From Clostridia bacterium (GTDB taxonomy: Bacteria; Bacillota; Clostridia; Oscillospirales; CAG-272), in assembly GCA_017456965.1 (NCBI GenBank), contig JAFTIJ010000151.1, forward strand, positions 1 through 35,715: a stretch of DNA of 35,715 bases, read 5' to 3'. The position numbers were made by a program, and so were the translations under genes. Within the stretch, counting starts at the first letter, position 1, and the number at the start of each line of letters is the position of its first letter. Positions 33,642-35,715 of this stretch are shown here, in pieces. Under the pieces are notes generated by a model that made no database searches, was not told the DNA's origin, and saw only the letters and a list, made by a program, of their open reading frames with translations.

Positions 33642-34856
33642 ATGTCAAAAACGCAGAAACGCCTTCTTATCGCCGCGCTTGCGGTCCTTTGCGCGGTCTA
33701 TTTGGGCTATCACATCGGAAAAAATTTCAAAAAGGACGTCTCCCTCTTCACCGTCCGCCCCTATACGGCAGAGGACACCGCTGTCTTTACGGGCTATATT
33801 CTCCGCGAGGAGACCGTGCTCTATGCCCACACCGTCCCGGGGATGTGCCGCTACCGCTACTACGACGGGGAGAAGGTCGGCGCAAACAAGGTCGTCGCCG
33901 ACGTCTATCAGTATGCAAACGACGCACTGAAGGATAAGGTCGCCTCCTACCGCAAGCAGATCGAGATCCTGCGCCGCAGCTCCTCACTCGGCAGACTCAG
34001 CGAGGAGGAGATCTCCGAGAGGATCGACCGCCTCAGCTTCACCATCTCCGAGAAAAATGCCTCGGGCGATACTGCGGCGGCGGGTGCACTCGGGGACGAG
34101 CTCCTCGTCCTGATGGCAAAGCGCGACCTCCTGATCAGCGGCAAAACGAATTACGACGCGGAGATCACGGTACTCGAAGCGGAGCTCTCCTCTCTGCTGC
34201 TGTCGCTCGGTACGCCGATCGGCACCGTCAGCACGCCGCGCTCGGGCTACTTTTACGCGGGCACAGACGGCTATGAGTCCATCCTTCGCGCCGAGCTTGC
34301 CAAGGGGCTGACGCTCTCGGGCTTTGACGCGCTGATCTCGACCCCGCCCTCCGTCTCCTCGGGTGCCGTCGGTACGCTGTTAACGAGCTCCGAGTGGTAC
34401 TACGCCACCAAGACCTCTGCCCAAAGCGCCGAGGGCTTTACCGTCGGCAAGACCTACGAGTGTCTCTTTATCGACAACGGCTACTCCGAGACCATCCCCA
34501 TGAAGCTCGTCTCCCGCGAGGTCGGAGAGAGCGAGGCTCTGCTCGTATTCTTCTCCGCATCCCTGCCGCGCGATTTCGATATCACACGCTGTCAGCGCAT
34601 GGAGGCCGCGCGCGCAGAGTACACGGGCTATCGCGTCCCCGCAGAGACCGTCCGCGTCAAAAACGGCGTCACCTGCGTGTACGTCTTTAAGGAGGGTAGC
34701 GCATATCTGCGCGAGATCGAGATCCTCTGGGAGCAAAACGGATATTTTATCGTCTCGGACAAACCGGGCGAGACCTCCGTATTCCCGCCGCTCAAGCTCA
34801 ACGATCTCATTATACTCGGAGAAAAAGATCTCTCCGAGGGAAAATTCATGCAATAG
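33642..34856 (+). CDS. Membrane-anchored HlyD-like (membrane-fusion/barrel-sandwich plus coiled-coil) protein, no cognate transporter adjacent
   Basis: N-terminal TM (LLIAALAVLCAVYLGY). Lipoyl-like half-motifs (AVFTGYILRE...GEKVGANKVVADVY; VSTPRSGYFYAG). A central coiled coil. A C-terminal beta-barrel-like region. The start is the ATG at 33642 (GAGGAG 10 nt upstream) or 33624. Confidence 0.6.
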   Translation: MSKTQKRLLIAALAVLCAVYLGYHIGKNFKKDVSLFTVRPYTAEDTAVFTGYILREETVLYAHTVPGMCRYRYYDGEKVGANKVVADVYQYANDALKDKVASYRKQIEILRRSSSLGRLSEEEISERIDRLSFTISEKNASGDTAAAGALGDELLVLMAKRDLLISGKTNYDAEITVLEAELSSLLLSLGTPIGTVSTPRSGYFYAGTDGYESILRAELAKGLTLSGFDALISTPPSVSSGAVGTLLTSSEWYYATKTSAQSAEGFTVGKTYECLFIDNGYSETIPMKLVSREVGESEALLVFFSASLPRDFDITRCQRMEAARAEYTGYRVPAETVRVKNGVTCVYVFKEGSAYLREIEILWEQNGYFIVSDKPGETSVFPPLKLNDLIILGEKDLSEGKFMQ

Positions 34857-34879
34857 TAACGTAAGAAAGGACGCCAATC

Positions 34880-35590
34880 ATGCAAGAAGAACAATTTACG
34901 GCGATCCGAACGAATATCGGACGCATCCGCACCGAGTTGCAAACGCATCCTCACGTGCGCGTCATGGCCGTCATCAAAACGAGAACACCCGAGGAGATCA
35001 ACTTCGCCATCCGCGAGTGCGGCATTGACCTTGTCGGCGAGAATCGCGTACAGGAGCTCTTGGCGCACTACGGCGATCTCGACCGTAGCGCGGAGCTCCA
35101 CTTCATCGGCTCACTCCAGAAAAACAAGGTCAAGTATATCATCGACAAGGTCGATATGATCGAGTCGCTCGACAGCGAGTCACTTGCCGCCGAGATCGAC
35201 CGTCAGGCAAAGAAGCACGGCATCCGTATGCCCGTGCTGATCGAGATCAATATCGGACGCGAGCCGTCCAAGGGCGGCATTTTCCCCGAGGCACTCGCAG
35301 ACTTCTGCGACGCGCTCACCCGTTACGATGCTCTCGTTCCGAAGGGCCTCATGACGATCGCCCCCATCTGTGAAAACAAAGAGGATTACAATCGCTATTT
35401 CTCCGAAATGGCAACGCTTGCAAAAACCGTCTTCCGCCAAAAATTCCCCTCTGACGAAAAGCCCCTGCTCTCGATGGGTATGTCGGGCAGCTTCCGTCAG
35501 GCGCTCGAAAACGGCTCGGATATCATCCGTGTCGGCGAGGGAATTTTCGGCAAGCGCGGCGAGCCCTACAAGGCACCTCAGCAAACATGA
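34880..35590 (+). CDS. yggS: PLP-homeostasis protein YggS/YlmE
   Basis: PLP-lysine context VMAVIKTR. HFIGSLQKNKVKYI. SMGMSGSF. Confidence 0.9.
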   Translation: MQEEQFTAIRTNIGRIRTELQTHPHVRVMAVIKTRTPEEINFAIRECGIDLVGENRVQELLAHYGDLDRSAELHFIGSLQKNKVKYIIDKVDMIESLDSESLAAEIDRQAKKHGIRMPVLIEINIGREPSKGGIFPEALADFCDALTRYDALVPKGLMTIAPICENKEDYNRYFSEMATLAKTVFRQKFPSDEKPLLSMGMSGSFRQALENGSDIIRVGEGIFGKRGEPYKAPQQT

Positions 35591-35664
35591 ACGCGAAAAG
35601 CGGAAGGATCCCAAAAAACGCTTGTGGAATTCACAAAAATTTTTCTTTTTTTTTAGAAAAATCA

Positions 35665-35694
35665 TTGCAATTCGCAAACATGGTATGTTATAAT
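35665..35694 (+). promoter_or_regulatory. Putative promoter for the next downstream gene (TTGCAA-18-TGtTATAAT)
   Basis: -35 is at 35665-35670 and an extended -10 at 35686-35694. It lies in the AT-rich spacer after yggS. Confidence 0.45.
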
Positions 35695-35715
35695 AACAAA
35701 AGTAGGGTTATCTTA

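Noticed and set aside
3370-33643. Many long ORFs antisense to or overlapping the annotated genes. Examples are 3370-4242(-), 5877-7175(-), 7286-8275(-), 10088-11230(-), 23855-24877(+), 25085-26263(+), 27346-28692(+), 31473-32483(-) and 32441-33643(-).
   Set aside because: Each lies fully inside a gene with strong family motifs on the other strand. Their translations are Arg/Gly/Asp/Leu/Val-rich low-information sequences with no recognisable motifs and no SD. Strong G/C third-position bias removes stop codons from the antisense frames.

Overview
This window is almost entirely core chromosome from a Firmicutes/Clostridia-type organism. Coding sequence is GC-rich at third codon positions and intergenic spacers are AT-rich. 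The ytfI/ytfJ, dacB and SpoVD-like PBP genes suggest a spore-former. There are three blocks. (1) 369-15784: a GH3 beta-glucosidase on the minus strand, divergent from a plus-strand dcw cluster mraZ-rsmH-ftsL-PBP(2xPASTA)-murE-murF-mraY-ftsW-murG-ftsQ-ftsZ. (2) 16002-30817: a long minus-strand run. In transcription order it reads ireB | lexA-TIM-barrel | trigger-factor-like lipoprotein | tauE | lon-engB-M50 protease-scpA-scpB-ytfI-ytfJ | dacB | rluB-small unknown | prfB-small Cys-rich membrane protein. (3) 30983-35590, plus strand: acidic unknown-queA-miaA-HlyD-like-yggS. I saw no rRNA, tRNA, CRISPR array, transposase, integrase, phage or recognisable defence genes. The long antisense ORFs in the track look like artefacts of GC-rich third positions. 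I did not find a convincing novel multi-gene system, and the window looks ordinary overall. The best leads are modest. They are a lipoprotein paralogue of trigger factor at the position where tig-clpP/clpX normally precedes lon-engB; lexA coupled to a TIM-barrel gene with no canonical Cheo/SOS box upstream; a dense bidirectional array of GTGG(G)AAA/TTTTCCACA boxes plus a 26-nt alternating pyrimidine-purine palindrome between bglX and mraZ; an ftsZ promoter embedded in two perfect palindromes; a Cys-rich acidic-tailed small membrane protein downstream of prfB; and a dcw cluster lacking murD and ftsA at their usual positions. All coordinates were anchored on the supplied ORF track. All functional calls rest on motif recognition in the translations, not on database searches.
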